Assembly: GCA_012295275.1 (NCBI GenBank)
Contig: CM022674.1
Location: forward strand, 17,546,001-17,610,000
From: Chrysomallon squamiferum
Lineage: Eukaryota > Animalia > Mollusca
Length of the DNA: 64,000 bases
Reading direction: 5' to 3'
The translations under genes were made by a program, and so were the position numbers. The notes under the pieces were generated by a model. That model made no database searches. It was not told where the DNA came from and saw only the letters and a program-made list of their open reading frames with translations. Each line of letters opens with the position of its first letter. Within the stretch, counting starts at the first letter, position 1. Positions 41,394-55,317 of the stretch are shown here, one piece after another.

Positions 41394-41615
41394 TGAACAA
41401 TAACAGTAACTAAGAAACAATAGTGAGAAAAAAAACCAGTAGTTTTAATACCAGTAGAAATAATTATAGTAAAATATATTAGAAAGATATAATAATAATG
41501 CTATATGTTGACTGTTCCATGGATGGATTACAGAGTTACTGTACAGTTCACATTAATTATTCTTTTTTACTCAGCATCAGTAATAAAAACATGTTTTATT
41601 TTTATATTATTTCAG

Positions 41616-41648
41616 CAAAGACTGATGGACGAACATCCCATATCAAAG
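41616..41648 (+). CDS. STAND-ANK gene: 33-nt linker micro-exon, phase 1-1
   Basis: tatttcag acceptor, AAG|gtattt donor; open: TKTDGRTSHIK. Confidence 0.65.
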
Positions 41649-41687
<39 letters not shown>

Positions 41688-41904
41688 CTGTAAGATGTTA
41701 ATTTATACACCATCTAATACTGTGATAACACAGTATTGTCATTAAATTTTGATGAACTAAAATTATGACCAAAAAATCTGCTGCTTTATTTTAAAAACTT
41801 CACATCTGATGATTTGTTAAAAATTATATTATCTATATCTAAATAGTAAAATATATTTAAAATATGTTAATAATAGATTTTTTTTTTTTAATGTCGTGAT
41901 ACAG

Positions 41905-44900
41905 AGTCTACCAGGTCACAGTTAAACTTAGTTGAAAGAAGTGTCTATGTTGAAACAAGAGCAGAAGAAAGAGGAATAACACTTTTGAAAAAGAATGGTG
42001 TTGTGATTGTAGTAGGAAGTCCAGGTTCAGGAAAGACAACTCTAGGTCTGAAAATGATTAAACAGATAGAGAAAAAAGAAAAAATAGACTCTTACATCGT
42101 GACTCATCACTCTGATTTCAAATACATTCCTGTGTCTAAAGATAAACCATGTATTGTTCTCATTGATGACATATTTGGTAAAACTAATCTTGTATTAGAT
42201 TTTGTGTCGTGCTGGAAACAGCTATTTCCAGAGGTGTGGAGTCTTGTTAAAGACGAGTGTGTGAGATGTATTATTACTTTAAGAAAACAAATATTTACAG
42301 AAATTATAGCCAATCTGAAGGAATTTGATCTGTTCAATGAAAATCATCTCCTTGACCTGCAGAGCGATGAATGTTGTCTGAATTATTATGAGAAGTTAGA
42401 AATTCTAAACAAGTATCTTGAACAAAAGAATGTTACAATGGATGAAGATGATAAATGGACTGTCATTTGCTGTTCATGTACAGAGTTAGGATTTCCTCAG
42501 GTGTGTGTGTATTATGTTAATTCAAGTGATGCACAGAAAAGAGGAGTTAAGTATTTTGAGAAACCTGTAGAATATCTCAGACAACAACTGGAAAATTTGA
42601 AAAATGATAAATCTTCACAGATCAATTACCTGGTTCTACTGCTGATCTTGTTCCAACAAGACAGTCTTAGCATTGATTCACTGGACCCATTTGAAAATGA
42701 CTCTGACAGTGACATAATGAAATTAGTAAGACTGCTAGAGCAAGTCTGTCTGAGTCTGAAAAACACTGGCTTCACAGACATAAAGAAAACAGCTGATGAA
42801 ATGTGTGGTACCTATTTGAAGTGTTCTGACAATAAATACACATTTATTCACCAGTCAGTGTTTGATTCATTGTTTCTGATGTTTTCATCAGAGTTTCCAA
42901 AGAAAGCAGCAGAGTTGCTGGAATTGTGTCCTGTCTCCATGTTGTTAGAATATGTTGTGACGCCTGGAGTGTCTAACAAAAGTCACATTACAATGACTGT
43001 GAAACCTAACTGCTTTGATGTTCTTGCTCGCAGATTTAGTGACTTGTTGGCATCAAGCAATGCCGAAGACATTATTTCACATCCATCATTGAAAGATGAA
43101 GAGTTTTTGAAGTATCTCATAGAGGAAAAAAATACTTTAATGATAAATTGTCTGAAATAGTGCATCAGCAACTACATAAACATGTATATAATTATAAATA
43201 TATATCATCTGTGAACGTAAAACATCTTGATGAAATATTCAGCAATATTTCATGTGTTCTTGACAGTTATTCTATTTGCTTGTGTTATGATACTACCACA
43301 CATTTAACAAATTCATCGTGTGTTCTAAGTGAGTGTATTGTGAAGGGATTAAGAACATTGTTAACAATTTTCACTGAACATCTGTGTAAAATGAAATTAA
43401 CAAATCTGAAAAAAGAACTTCTGAATATGTCCTGTTTGTTTGGTTATGAAGATGTTGTGAGAATGTTGCTAAAATCAGGTAGTATTCCAGCATTTGATAC
43501 ACTGAGTGTAGCTGCTTGTTCAAAAACAGACAGTGCTACCATACTCAAAGAACTGTTACAGTGCAAAACAGAGATGCAGTTAAATGAATATTCACATCTC
43601 TTACTTACTTCTATTAGTTCAGGTAACATCAAGATTGCATGTCTGATAGCTGAATTGATAAATAATGAGAAACACAACAGTGAAATCAAGGAAAAAGCCA
43701 TTAAACTGTTATTGGTTAGGTTCCATAGACAAGTAAGACTTGAATCAGGAAGCTTGCATTTTGGGAACTCGAAGACTTCTGAAGTTGATGTAAGCCATCT
43801 TTTTAGAAATCTAGTTACCATTGATATAATAAACAAAATTAAAGACATTGCTATTATTGCTGTTTGCCTGAGTAATTCAGGTGTTATAAAAGAAATAGTA
43901 AAACTGAAACCTGATTGTTTAAATGATGAGAACAGAGATAAAGTACTTTTAGCAGCAGGAGCATTGGGAGTCTCTGATACAGTGAATTTTCTCATTGAGC
44001 AGAGATGTAATGATGGAGATGAGACCTGGAAGAAAAGTCAAGTACTGAAAGTGGCAGTGATGTGTAACAGTGCAGATGTTGTTCAGTGTCTTCTTGATAA
44101 AGGAGCTGATCCTAATGTGAATATAGCTGTTAATCAGAAATTCATTCAGTTGTTTCATGATGAATTTGTATTCAAACAATTGTCAGGTGTCTATATTAAT
44201 TTTCAGTTGTTGTGTTCATACACACCCCTCCATCTTTCAGTTCTCCGTGGTGATTTAGATATGATAAAATCACTGATAAAGAGACATGCTGATGTTAACG
44301 CAGTAAACAGTGAGGGAAAAACTCCACTTCATGAAGCTGTAAATGCAGTGTCACACAGAAAGGAAATAGCTTTGTTGTTACTGAAAAATGGTGCTGATAC
44401 CGATATAAGAGATGACCACGAGAATTCAGCATTGCACATAGCCTCTCAAATTGACATAGATGTTGTGAAAGAAGTAGTAAAAAAGGGTGCTGAAATAAAT
44501 GCAATTAACACTGAAGAGAAAACTCCTCTTCATGTATCTTTGATGTGTCACAGACCAGAAATAGCTTTATATTTACTAAACCAAGGAGCTGATCCTCATT
44601 TAACAGACAATGATAAGAATTCAGTTTTACACTTAGCAGCTAAACATGGAAATGTAGAAATTGTGAAAGCACTGATTGAAATAGGTGTTGATCTAAATGT
44701 TAAGAACATTCAAGGTGAAACTCCTGTCTTGACATTTCTGAATTGCAACAAATGTTATTTTTTACGAGATCCAGCTACGTCCTCTTATCACAGAAACATA
44801 GCTTTGATTTTACTGGAACATGGAGCTGATCCTTATTTAACAGACAATGATAACAATACTGTTTTACACAAAGCAGCTGAATGTGGAAATGCAGAGTTTC

Positions 44901-46459
44901 TCACAGCAGTAATTGAAACAGGTGTTGATCTAAATGTTAAAAACATCCAAGGTGAAACTCTTCTTATTACACTTCTGAATTACAAAAGATTTAATTTTTT
45001 AAAAGATCCATGTATAACAAAACTATCATTGGTTTTACTGGAACATGGAGCTGATCCTAATTTAACAGACAATGATAACAATTCTGTTTTACACTTAGCA
45101 GCTAAACATGGAAATGTAGAAATTGTGACAGCAGTGATTGAAAAAGGTGTTGATGTAAATGTTAAGAACAGTCAAGGTGAAACTCTTCTTTTTACATTTC
45201 TGAAATACTACTTACCTGATTATCATGACGATCTGTGAGTCCTCTTATATACCAAAACTATCTTTGGTTTTACTGGAACATGGAGCTGATCCTAATTTAA
45301 CAGACAATGACAACAATTCTCTTTTACACTTGGCAGCTCGATATGGAAATGTAGAAATTGTGACAGCACTGATTGATAAAGGTGTTGATGTAAATGTTAA
45401 GAACAGAAAAGGTGAAACTCCTCTTTTTACATTTCTGAAATACAATGAATTCGATTTTTAAAAGATCCACCTGTGTCCTCTAAGACAAACGTAGCTTTGG
45501 TTTTACTGGAACATGGAACTGATCCTAATTTAACAGACAATGACAACAATTCTCTTTTACACTTAGCAGCTCGATATAAATCTCTAGATATTGTGACAGC
45601 ACTGATTGATAAAGGTGTTGATGTAAACGTTAAGAACAGAAAAGGTGAAACTCCTCTTTTTACATTTCTGAAATACAATGAATTTTTTTTTTTAAATCCA
45701 TCCACCTGTGTCCTCTAAGACAAACGTAGCTTTGGTTTTACTGGAACATGGAGCTGATCCTAATTTAACAGACAATGACAACAATTCTCTTTTACACTTG
45801 GCAGCTCGATATGGAAATGTAGAAATTGTGACAGCACTGATTGATAAAGGTGTTGATGTAAATGTTAAGAACAGAAAAGGTGAAACTCCTCTTTTTACAT
45901 TTCTGAAATACTACTTACCTGATTATTTTTCAGACGATCCACCTGTGTCCTCTTATAAGAACAAAACTAGCCTTTACTTTACTGGAACATGGAGCTGATC
46001 CTAATTTAACAGACAATGACAACAATTCTCTTTTACACTTGGCAGCTCGATATGGAAATGTAGAAATTGTGACAGCACTGATTGATAAAGGTGTTGATGT
46101 AAATGTTAAGAACAGTCAAGGTGAAACTCCTCTTTTTACATTTCTGAAATGAAACTCTTTTTTACAATTCTGAAATACAATGAATTTTTTTTTATCAAGT
46201 CCACCTGTCCCTTAAGACAAATGATTTTGTTTTACTGGAACATGGAGCTGATCCTAATTTAACAGACAATGATAGCAATTCTGTTTTACACTTAGCAGCT
46301 GAAGATGGAAATGTAGAAATTGTTATAGCACTGATTGAAAAAGGTGCTGATGTAAATGTTAAAAATGGCCTAGGTGAAACTCCTCTTGACATAGCTAAAA
46401 GTTACAGACATGAAACTGTTTCCTTTTTATTGGAGCATGCAGCTAAAGATAGTAACTAA
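41905..46459 (+). CDS. STAND-ANK gene: large terminal exon with an nSTAND3-type P-loop NTPase, helical region and ankyrin repeats (about 6 apparent frameshifts)
   Basis: Phase-1 acceptor acag ending 41904; YVETRA before the P-loop, Walker A GSPGSGKT (42015-42038), Walker B IVLIDDIFG; many TPLH/LHLAA..G...V..LI..G.DVN ankyrin repeats from about 43950; ends GETPLDIA...AAKDSN, stop 46457-46459. Frame breaks near 43130, 45235, 45455, 45690, 45960 and 46150-46225. Confidence 0.92.
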
Positions 46460-47707
46460 ACTAAGTTTTGAGTGGAAACTGAACTTTTTGGATTTATACA
46501 TTATGTACACAGACTATCACTTTAAATGAACGATCAGCTAGTGAGATCATTTTGAAGTTGTTCAGAAATTGTATTTTTATATAAAACTCATGTTCATAAT
46601 AAACACAATAATCTAAATTCTGCTTGTAATTTCTACGGTACAAAGTTGATCTTAATGTTATTGTTCATCCTGAAATACAGTGATTTCTGATGTAGTCTCA
46701 GTTTGAGATGCTTCATTTGTGCACATTTTTAATGTAATGTTGTGTCAGTGTATTTAATTGTGTTAAATACTGTGTACAGTTTTAATTTTTCAATTCAAAA
46801 GTATAATTATTGATACATGAGCCAGACCACATTTTCAACATAAGATCTGTGAACTAATTGATTGTGATGAAGAATTAAATACAGTGTAAATTTGTGTAAC
46901 TATATTGCTGTGTAGTCTGGTGTATATTTAGATTCTGTAAATTGTTTCTATTCAGATATTCCATACTGTACTGTGCACTCTGCTGTTTCTGTTCAAATAT
47001 TGTATTCATATATTGTGTAGTTTGTGTTTCTATACAAACGTTGTTAACATATTTTATAGCTGCTGCATCTTTAAGCATTTTTTAGTCTCTATTGTATCTG
47101 AACATAACAAGAACTATTATAATAACTGTGGCTTTATGAAAATTTCACTTAATTTTAATTTCATTGAAAGAGTTTGGGGTGTTTATTGCACAATTCCATG
47201 AAAAAGATGTTAAGAAATGTTTGGTTGCCCAGCAATAATAAAACAACAGAAATACTGATGTTAATTTTGATCAGGTTATTCAGAAAAGTCAGGCAGTTTT
47301 TAAATCAGATTTGTTATATTATTCATGATGACTTGATTATTACTTGTGTTGCTGTTAGACTGTTTATGTGTGAGAATATCTGCTAAATAGGATGTTATAA
47401 TTAAAGTTGTGTTTTAAAGCAGAGTGCAGAATATTTAATGTATATTTTTTAATTGACAAAATTATTTTGCATTACTAAATATTTTACTATGTTTATATTA
47501 AGAAAAGTAGTAGAGTAATGTTGTGTGAAAATGTTTCTGTTTTCTTCTACACAACAGTTCTGTAACACTAAATCAACTTTTAATATATTTGTACTAAGTA
47601 AACTTGGATTTTCATTTGGAGTTTATATACATTTTTGTTTTACAAAATGTTTCTATTCATGCTTTTAATATATAAATTTATATGGTAAAATAAAATATAA
47701 TTTTAAA

Positions 47708-47770
<63 letters not shown>

Positions 47771-48524
47771 CACAAACACATACACATGTATGTTAGAGAT
47801 AGATTATTTTTTTAATAAATTGTTCTGTGGTACTAAATTTGTATTATGTTTATAATTTTAGATGTATAATGTAATATAGTCTATTTTTTATTGTTATTGT
47901 AATACAAAAGAAAATATGAGCATATTTCTCTGTTAATTAGAAGATATGTTTATATAATGTTTACATTTCACTAAATTATCATTAGAAAATACTAACAAAA
48001 TGTATAAAGCAAATTTAAATCTTCATTCATCTGATAGTTTTTACATATAGCTTTAATAATTACAAAATAGTTGATAGTAAAGTAAATGTAAGTTTTAAGT
48101 AGGAATATTTATTTAATAATGGTGAAATAGTGAATAATTAATAAAATAAATGCGATTTTAAATTAGAAACATGTTTGGCTAATGTTTACATTTATCTCTT
48201 TGACACTGAACTGTAAGTGTGGATTTAAACTGATTTAATTTGAGATAAAATTTTAATATATCTTTATTTTATTTGTCAATAAGTTGTATCGAACAAGATT
48301 ATTATTATTTTTTTAAATTTTATTTATTTTATTTTTTTTTTTTTTTGGGGGTGATTAGTTATTTTTATTAAAAACAATTTTGAGGAATGTGTTGGACTTA
48401 CACTGAGTGACTGTTTTGTATAAATATCTTGTATTTATTTTGTCTGTCTTGATGATTGTTTCCTTCCAGAAATTATTTTCTATTAATATTGATTTATTTT
48501 TATTGTGTTTGTTGCCATTATTAC

Positions 48525-48570
<46 letters not shown>

Positions 48571-48580
48571 TTTACTTTTA

Positions 48581-48635
<55 letters not shown>

Positions 48636-49383
48636 AGCTTTATAATTATTTACCTTTAATTTACTTTTTTGTTTTTCACTGATGCAAAACAGAAATGTGC
48701 TAACCTTTGCTGGTTATGCCATTATTACATAAACTGTACGAAATGTGTCAGTTTATGTATTGTTTATAATACTTGGCTATTGTATTCAATTAATATTTTT
48801 CATACATTTATTTTATCTTGATACACTAAATAAGAAGAGAAAGACTTTTTTTTGTAAATATATTTACATATTTATTCATTTGTTTATTTATATTATTGTC
48901 ATTATTATTAATTGGAATATATATATATTTATTTTTACTTCTATTTATTTAATCATAATAATATGCTGATTGAATCTGAATAGCAAATACTTATATATAT
49001 TTTTAGTTATACTGATTTGTTCCTGTTTTTCTTATTTAATTTGCATGATAGAATGTTTTTACTATCTTTATTTTCTGTATCAACTAACTTTAGTTCAATC
49101 TTGAACTTACATTTTTTATTAATTAACATGTTTCTTTAATTAATGGATGAAAATGGACAAATGGTGTTGGTCTCTCATTTGTTACACATCCAATTTGTTG
49201 CATACCTAGTAGTTACAGCTGAAGTGTAATTAAGTCAATTCCAGTAATATTAGTGTAATAGTTACAGTACTTTTAATTTTATTAATAAAACAAATAAAAA
49301 CTTTATATACAGCAATAATAATAATAGAAAGAAAGAAAGAAAAAAGCTTAGGAATATATATATATATACGTGTTACATAATTT

Positions 49384-49419
<36 letters not shown>

Positions 49420-49649
49420 GGACTTTTCATTCTTGCTGGCTGGCTTTCTATGAGATTGTGTTATGATAGAGTGCCACAACAAGTTTTCTCTACGATTGTT
49501 ACAATGATAATAACTGCAATGACCATGACTTCATTCTCATAAACTGTATGATTGTAGTACAGAGAGGAATGCATTACATATATATATAATAACAAAATAT
49601 AAACCCTCAAGCGTGGAAGTTTAACGTGAAGCACATATCTCTCACATAT

Positions 49650-51590
49650 AGTTATTAACAAACAAGAGTTTTTTTTAATACAAATATATTTTTACTGTTA
49701 AATTATTATAAGAAATTATGTTTGGATGTCTCATATATTTATCTGTTATACCTTTTCTTTCATTTAATAATATAGAATCATTACATTCAAATATATAGTG
49801 ATATTCATCTCCAATTTTGTTAAGATTACAAAAATGACATTTTCTGTTTTTAATTACAATATCAGACCATGGTCTGGTTTTAATAGGAAGTTTAGCATTC
49901 GCGTTTCCAAATTTACATAGGACTAATGAGGCAGAAAAGTAAGATAGTTTTCTAATTTCAGTTCATTTTTAATTTTTGTTTATAATTAATACCTTTTGGA
50001 GACGTTTTAATTTGATTTTTCCATAATTGTAGATGTTGATCATGTAATATTTTGGATATCATTTCACGTAATCATTTAACATTATCAATGTTTTGATATG
50101 TCCATATATATGTTAAATCACAATCATCAAAAATATTTTTTACAAATTTGTTCCAAGGAGAATCGATAACATGCATTAAATAATATAGTTGTGAGGAAAT
50201 CTTGTTTTGGGTTTTGCAAATTAGGTTCCTTGAAAAGGTTATCATTCTTACTTTTATAGAAATACAAAGGAATACCGTCCTAGATCATCATAGATCATAA
50301 AACCAGGGAGACGTTTATTAACATTTAGTAAATACTTACAAAATTTCATATGCAGTCTTTCTATTAGTTGTATATTTGTAAAACCCCATATTTGACAATC
50401 ATACAATAAATCAAGTATTCAGTCGATGGAGAGATTATTCTGATGACTTTTAGCTATTAGGCTATACATAGCTTTCACTGCTTTTTTATACAGTTGTCTT
50501 ACGTTGTAAGTGAATAGACCGTTTCTTGTAAAATGTATGTACAAATATTTATAATTATCTATAATCTCTCCATCAAATTTAAATATATAATCACTAGTTT
50601 TTGTTATTTGACTGAATATTCAGTTTCAAGCTGTTCAAAAGCATATACTCTATAGCGAAGAATATTAATGTCATCAGCCTTATCTGTTTTTCATTCAACT
50701 AAACATTATATCATACTTACTGATGGTTTCAATATATATAGCATCTCTGAGCTTACTTACAAACCGCCCACATTAATCTCTATAATTTTTGAAACATAAG
50801 GGTTTACTTCTTTATGATTTTTGTTTGGGGTATTTTTAACAAATGAGTTTTCTAACATTTGCTCAGCACTGTTTTAGCTTGGTAAGACTGGTCCTGCTCT
50901 ATTGTCCTATTGCACTGACTGAATTGTCTTGTCTTGGTGAGATTTCAAATCTCCGAGATCTTTTTTATTCCTTTCAAACCGACTGTTAATATAATTCATA
51001 CCCGTTTCCACATCGTGTACTTTTTTCTTAATATCAGTCATTTTGCCACTGACATCATACACAGTTATTTCCATACTATTCAGTCATTTTTCGATGATGT
51101 CCAATTTTTCCTGTTGATCACACATAATATCTAACTTTGTAGTCAAAGTATCTGATTTTATACTGACATCTTGATTGTGCACAACTAGTGAAATTAAACC
51201 AGAATACTGACCGTGAGATCCATAGTGCTGTCCAAATTGTCCATACTGTGACTGCTGAGACTGCTGGGTGGCGGCTTACTGTTGCATTGGTGTTGACTGA
51301 TAAAATGCTGCAGATGAACATTTAAGGTCATTTGACATTTGTGTATTTTGACATCCTCAGTATGATGACTTCTTGAACACCTTGGCTACTGCTTACCATT
51401 ATTTTCTGTTCACTTTCTCCACTTATATTTTTACTTTAATTTTTTTTTCTCTTTTTACGTTTTCTCATTTTGATGTTGCATACTCACTTATCTTTAGCAA
51501 TAATTTACATTGATAAAATGGATAAAATCCCTTTAATACTAATAAACATTATATATTTTCACAAAGAGATAAGAGACACGACTTTCATTT
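49650..51590 (-). mobile_element. Decayed, internally deleted non-LTR retrotransposon (RTE-X-like LINE)
   Basis: Minus-strand fragments in order: ORF1-like coiled coil (about 51100-50930), RT ADD remnant (about 50675), IWGFTNIQLIERLHMKFCKYLLNV (about 50390-50320), and C-terminal KLPI...RKCHFCNLNKIGDEYHYIFEC (about 49900-49780). Clade assigned from memory of motifs. Confidence 0.8.
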
Positions 51591-52041
51591 CCACAAGTTG
51601 CTTTTGTTTTCACTTTTAGGAAGAGGAAATCAGATTAACAAAATACTTGGTCTGATTGGATGTGCAAGTCACGTGATAGTGCAGTTGTATTAAGCTATTG
51701 TTTTTATTGGGAGTATCGACGTGGGAAATTAACTAACGTTCCAATATCACCAGTAATTTAACTGCTTTGTTTAAACTTTGCTGTTTTTTTTGTTTTGACT
51801 TCTGGTAAATCGTAATAGGGATCAACTGCTTAATTATTTCCTAAGCTGATTGTGCAACAAGTGGGAAGATGAATCCATTATTGTATACCAGATACAGGAC
51901 ATGACCTTTCTTTGTTATATGACAAATAGAAATGTAACAAAAGTGAAAGTATCCATAAAAGAAAACCTTATTTTGAATACTAAATGAGAAATATAATAAT
52001 TGTTATTAATATGTTTGTGTGTGTCTGTGTGTCTGTGCGTG

Positions 52042-52088
<47 letters not shown>

Positions 52089-54379
52089 CCAATATAATTT
52101 AGTTAAATGAGTAACTATTAAATCTGAATTTTACTGAAATATATTAATTTAGAGTTTACTGTTTTACTAATGTCTTTTAGATTTTTGTATTATCTCATTG
52201 TAATGGTAATTATTAATACGGAATTTATTGTAATGCTATTAACAATTAACTTAATAAATATGTTTGATAAAATGCAATTACTTTTGGTTTCTTTATTAGA
52301 TGAGCAATATTTCCTGTATTCAAGAAAAACACACTACAATGGAATAATGCATTGTACGAGTTCTTGTGACTCCTCTGACATCCACTAGTGGCATAGTGTT
52401 TGTACGGGAGACAGCAGTCTGCTCTTTAATATGCAACCTTAAGAATTATATAAGCTAAGCGTGACGGAGAAAGCAGTCTCCTGTTTAATATGTAATAGAT
52501 GTTAGATTTTTCTTCAGACTTGTATAAGCTATAGTGAGGTGTTGTTTTGGATACCCCTGGTACCTGTGTCTGCTAAAGTTCCATCCAGTCTCGACACCAC
52601 TCTGGGACATCTATTTTAAAAGAACCGCTGTGTGGTCTTTCCTAGGTAATAAAAGCAGATATCGTGTTTTGTTTGGGGCAATCAGTTTTTACACCGTACA
52701 GAACAGACGTGTGGCTAACCCTCAGATGGACAGTTACATAGATCCAGCTGACTCAGATAACTACAAGTTTTTAAGGCTCTGTTTGAGCAACTGAAAGGAA
52801 GTTTCATGTGGTTTTGTAACAAATATCATTTAACTACATATAGTTTGAAGTAGTATAACCATTAGTTGGAGAATGGCTGATAATCTGAAATCAGTCCAGT
52901 CAAAGTAAACTGTAATTATTATCTCTAAACAGCACGTGAGAATAGTGGGATATATCATCATCTTGCTAAGTAGTAGGTTATTTTCATATACTTGCATATT
53001 CAAATACATCTTAGGGTTTGGTATTTTACCTTGAGGGATAAACATATTTAATATCCCCCGTATGTTCACTTATGTGGTGGGAGTCATTTTGTGGCATGAA
53101 ACTGTTTGTAAACAGCCGTGTAAGCGTTGTAAGCTTAATCACTAAATAACTATTATTATTCTTTAAATCTAAACTTGTATTGTTGTGTTTCTAGTGATTT
53201 AACATTGGCTAAATTTAAATTCATATATGCCCTTGTTCCCTGAATACCGTCACTGCCGAGCCAAAGCGGGTAGCTATCTACCTGATACAGGGAGGTCTGT
53301 ATGTATAGTTAGTGGTAATTTGGGGGAGCAGTGTTACGGCTGTTGCGAGGTTCTAATTTGGTCACGTGACGACTGTGTTAATTACGGGTCGCATGCGACT
53401 GCGTTAGACGCCCCGTAGCAGTTTTACATACCAGCGAGTCTGGTAACTCTACTAATGTACAAGTAAATTGTGGAATGATTTAAGTAAAAATACAGACATA
53501 GTTTATTATGTTAATTTCGTCATACAGGGTAATAAGTAAATTATTCAGGTATATTCTTACATTTTCTTGCATTTTTATAGTTTATAGTATCTAGGGTTGG
53601 TGTATCATAAATGTATTGTTTGGTTTGTGTCAGTATGTGGGAATGCTGATAACAAACACTAGCACAGAAAATAACGCGGTCATCCACCCAAGTATTGAGT
53701 GTGTTCAAGGTAAAGTTTTGGACAAATTTTGTGGATAAAAATAAAAACGATAAAAAATATAACTGGTCGTTTTACGACAATTTTAATATTATCATTACTA
53801 TAGTATCTCAATATATTTTTTTTATAAATATCATCATAATCATCAAAATCATCGACATTATTTAACTTTTCCTTACAGCAAAGTCGAAAGAAAAACCGTA
53901 TTTTTGTTTTTTAGTCCACACACTTCATTTTCATGTAACATATTAATTGCATGAAACTTTATTTATAACAATGTATATAACTGCATAATCAATTGTTACA
54001 TTTCCAGTTAAAAGCGGTTAAGCTACACATTTTTTACGAAAAAGAAAATAATAATGAATATATATATATTGTTGAGAAACATATCAGAGCCAGAAACATA
54101 GACATCAGAAATTCCCAGTAGTGAAAATTTTATTCATGAGCAAATGAAAACAACTAGTACAATTGAAAAAAGGTTTATAATTCAGAAATATATTGGACTG
54201 CAAGGCAGAACCCAACAAAGACTGGATGATTTTTCAGAAAAATTGCAAAACCAAACCGTTTCAGTGCAAAAATTGGCAGCGGTAGATTGTATGAAAGTGA
54301 AAAAATATTTAAGGAAGATAAAGAAGCCAATTGGTGAAAAAATAAATATAACAATATTAGAAATGCGGGCCAAATCCAA

Positions 54380-55180
54380 ACTGCAACCTGATAATTTTAA
54401 GAAACAAGGTACTTTTCAGCAGACAGCTGTCTTAAAGCAGTGATGCAAGCCCTAGTAGCAAGTGATTTGCATGGTTAATTATTTATGAAAATAAATGTGA
54501 ACCTGTAACTGTATATTCTGATAATTATGTAAAATTACGAGTTCAATTAGTAGAAGAAAGTATACTGGAAATACCGCAACATTTGAAAGACGAAAATAAA
54601 CACTGCGAAGAGGTATCAGATGATATTTTACACAAAGTTGTATTAAATGTTGTATCAAAAGTTGTATCAAATATTTATGGTCAGCAAGATGCTTAGGAGT
54701 TTTTATTAAAAGTATTGGCAATATACTGAAAGAGCTTAAGGTAATATCATTGTATAACGTAAGTATATTTGTTTACAGTGAAGATCCGGGGAAATAAGTA
54801 TGGGCATTTCATACGTGCCAGCTTGATGCAATGGGTTACAGTTCTGTACAACAGTTATTTGATAATTTTCTTAAATCAAAGACAGTAGAAAAGACCTGCC
54901 TATGCTCACATGATAAATATTTATTAAAGAACTTTTAGTTTCTTTCCCTTCAACTCTTATTTTTATTTGATGAGTGAATATATCAGAAAAAAATCAAATT
55001 ACGTTCAAGTTCCTCACAATTTGTTCATAAAAAGTAATGATCAGAGAAAAAATGCAGAAAAAGCAGAGACTAAATATCAGCTGAAGAGTTTGAAACCCTG
55101 GTGATTTCTGTCACCAAGGTCAATATACCGCATCATTGAACATTGTGGTCAGTTTGTTTCATGTGATGATCATTATCTGT
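54380..55180 (+). pseudogene. Decayed ubiquitin-specific protease (C19/USP) domain
   Basis: Motifs in the right order: Cys box-like DSCLKAVMQAL (about 54423-54455), GQQDA*EFLLKVL (54679-54717), SVQQLFDNFLKSKTVEKTCLC (about 54845-54905), His box-like GQYTA...CDD (about 55118-55170); stops and frameshifts throughout. Confidence 0.6.
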
Positions 55181-55317
55181 CTTTTTCAACTGACAATTTT
55201 AATAAAACATGCTATATGTTATTCTGTCATAGAGTAGACAAACATCTGCCATTATTTACTCAATCTCTTATTAATGTTTGGTGTATCAGCAGTGGTTTCA
55301 AAGGTATAAAACGTGAC

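Noticed and set aside
41985-43160. Bacterial contamination or recent horizontal transfer of the STAND NTPase
   Set aside because: It is joined to spliceosomal exons, matches local base composition, and sits among animal repeats.
42107-46392. Minus-strand ORFs of 62-183 aa overlapping the STAND-ankyrin exon
   Set aside because: Antisense shadows of the real coding strand with no motifs of their own.
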